From positions 27,267,388-27,317,291 of the forward strand of contig NC_068990.1 of assembly GCF_001194135.2 (NCBI RefSeq): a stretch of DNA of 49,904 nucleotides. The letters run 5' to 3'. The stretch's first letter is position 1, and every line of letters begins with the position of its first letter. The notes beneath the pieces were generated by a model. It worked only from the letters and a program-made list of their open reading frames with translations. It searched no databases and was not told where the DNA came from. Positions 48,950 to 49,904 of the stretch are shown in pieces. A program made the position numbers and the translations under genes. The DNA is from Octopus bimaculoides. Its lineage: Eukaryota.

Positions 48950-49330
48950 CAATAAGGTGTGGCTTTGGAAAAACCTTACGTCCATGTATGAGTTAAGCCC
49001 TCGACTTTAACCAGCTTCTCTCGTTGTCATTCTCCACTGTGACAAAGACGCAACCGACGAAAGAACGGATCTCATATGGATTTATCCAGGTACATGAACC
49101 CGTATAAGTAAAGCGAAAGCCTGATATACGAGAAAGCCATTCTCATTCGTAATGATGAACAGTGCATATAACAGGATCGAAGCCTGGAAGTCAACAACTG
49201 GAAATCTGCACATTGGTGACATGAATGAGCTGATCATCAATACGCAGAAAAGAGGTAGGAGTGTTTCTGCCTGACGAAGCAGCTACAATTAGCGTTTGCG
49301 ATTCTTGAGTCCCCAAAGGAGAAACGTCCG
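48950..49330 (+). mobile_element. Decayed Penelope-like 3' end with hammerhead relics
   Basis: Translation EKAILIRNDEQCI*QDRSLEVNNW resembles the PLE endonuclease C-terminus EAIHI...NRDxGxE...W. Then ctgacgaag (49271) and ttgagtcc ccaaa gga gaaacgtc (49305-49328). Confidence 0.4.
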
Positions 49331-49439
49331 AAAAAAAAATCCATGTTAAAGTCCATTAATGCTAACTTGTTGAAGACGCCATTCCCTGTAAACTTCACAT
49401 TTCTGAAATACCTAAAATATCCTATTCTTCTCTAGGCAA

Positions 49440-49625
49440 TTTTGGGGGAAGGGGCCAGTGACTAAATCGACCCAGTTCGCAAATGGTACTTAATTTATCG
49501 ACCCCGAAATGATGAAAGACAAAGTCGACATCGGCGGAATTTGAATTCAGAACGTAAAGACAGATAAAATACCGCTAAGCATTACGTCCAGTGCGTTAAC
49601 GATTCTGCTAGTGCACCGCCTTGAA
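49440..49625 (-). mobile_element. Family-A SINE
   Basis: tttatcgaccccgaaatgatgaaagacaaagtcgacatcggcggaatttgaattcagaacg...accgctaagcatt...gattctgctagtgcaccgcctt. Confidence 0.9.
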
Positions 49626-49904
49626 ATACTTAAAATATCGTAATGTCTGTACATGTGTGACTGCCTTCTTCGAACCCAGAAGAGTTAACAAGTAAAACAG
49701 AGACAGGCAGAAACAAGAAAAATGCCGCTGTTACTTGAATACTATACAAATATGTTTTTAAAAAGACTTTTCTTTTAAATTTACCAAAATTTAATTTTTC
49801 AATAATTTTTCAAAAATCTATTATTCATAGTTACAGTTGAAAAGATCTCAAGGATCGAAACCGGTTCTGTAATGTTCCTTATAAAAGTATTTTAGCATTT
49901 TCTG

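Overview
This is eukaryotic, AT-rich, repeat-saturated DNA from a gapped draft assembly (15 N-runs). I could not support any host protein-coding exon. The SINE families match my recollection of Octopus (coleoid cephalopod) tRNA-derived SINEs; this is not verified by a search. Nearly all ORFs in the track are translations of microsatellites or N-gaps. Content: about 25 tRNA-headed SINE copies or fragments (working labels A, B, C), two decayed Tc1/mariner transposases, two hAT-type MITEs with 8-bp TSDs, an R4/Dong-like LINE fragment, a Helitron/HINE-like element, several Penelope-like (PLE) relics and many microsatellites. The most interesting feature occurs twice, nearly identical (13114-13820 and 42863-43514). 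It is a TSD-flanked palindromic element of two head-to-head arms, each reading tRNA-like Pol III head > (AAT)n > minimal hammerhead-ribozyme motif > tail. The arm ends are fixed and asymmetric, a variant is shared by the two arms within each copy, and both copies sit in the same SINE family in the same orientation. Several other inverted-repeat relics also carry hammerhead-like motifs at their inversion junctions.
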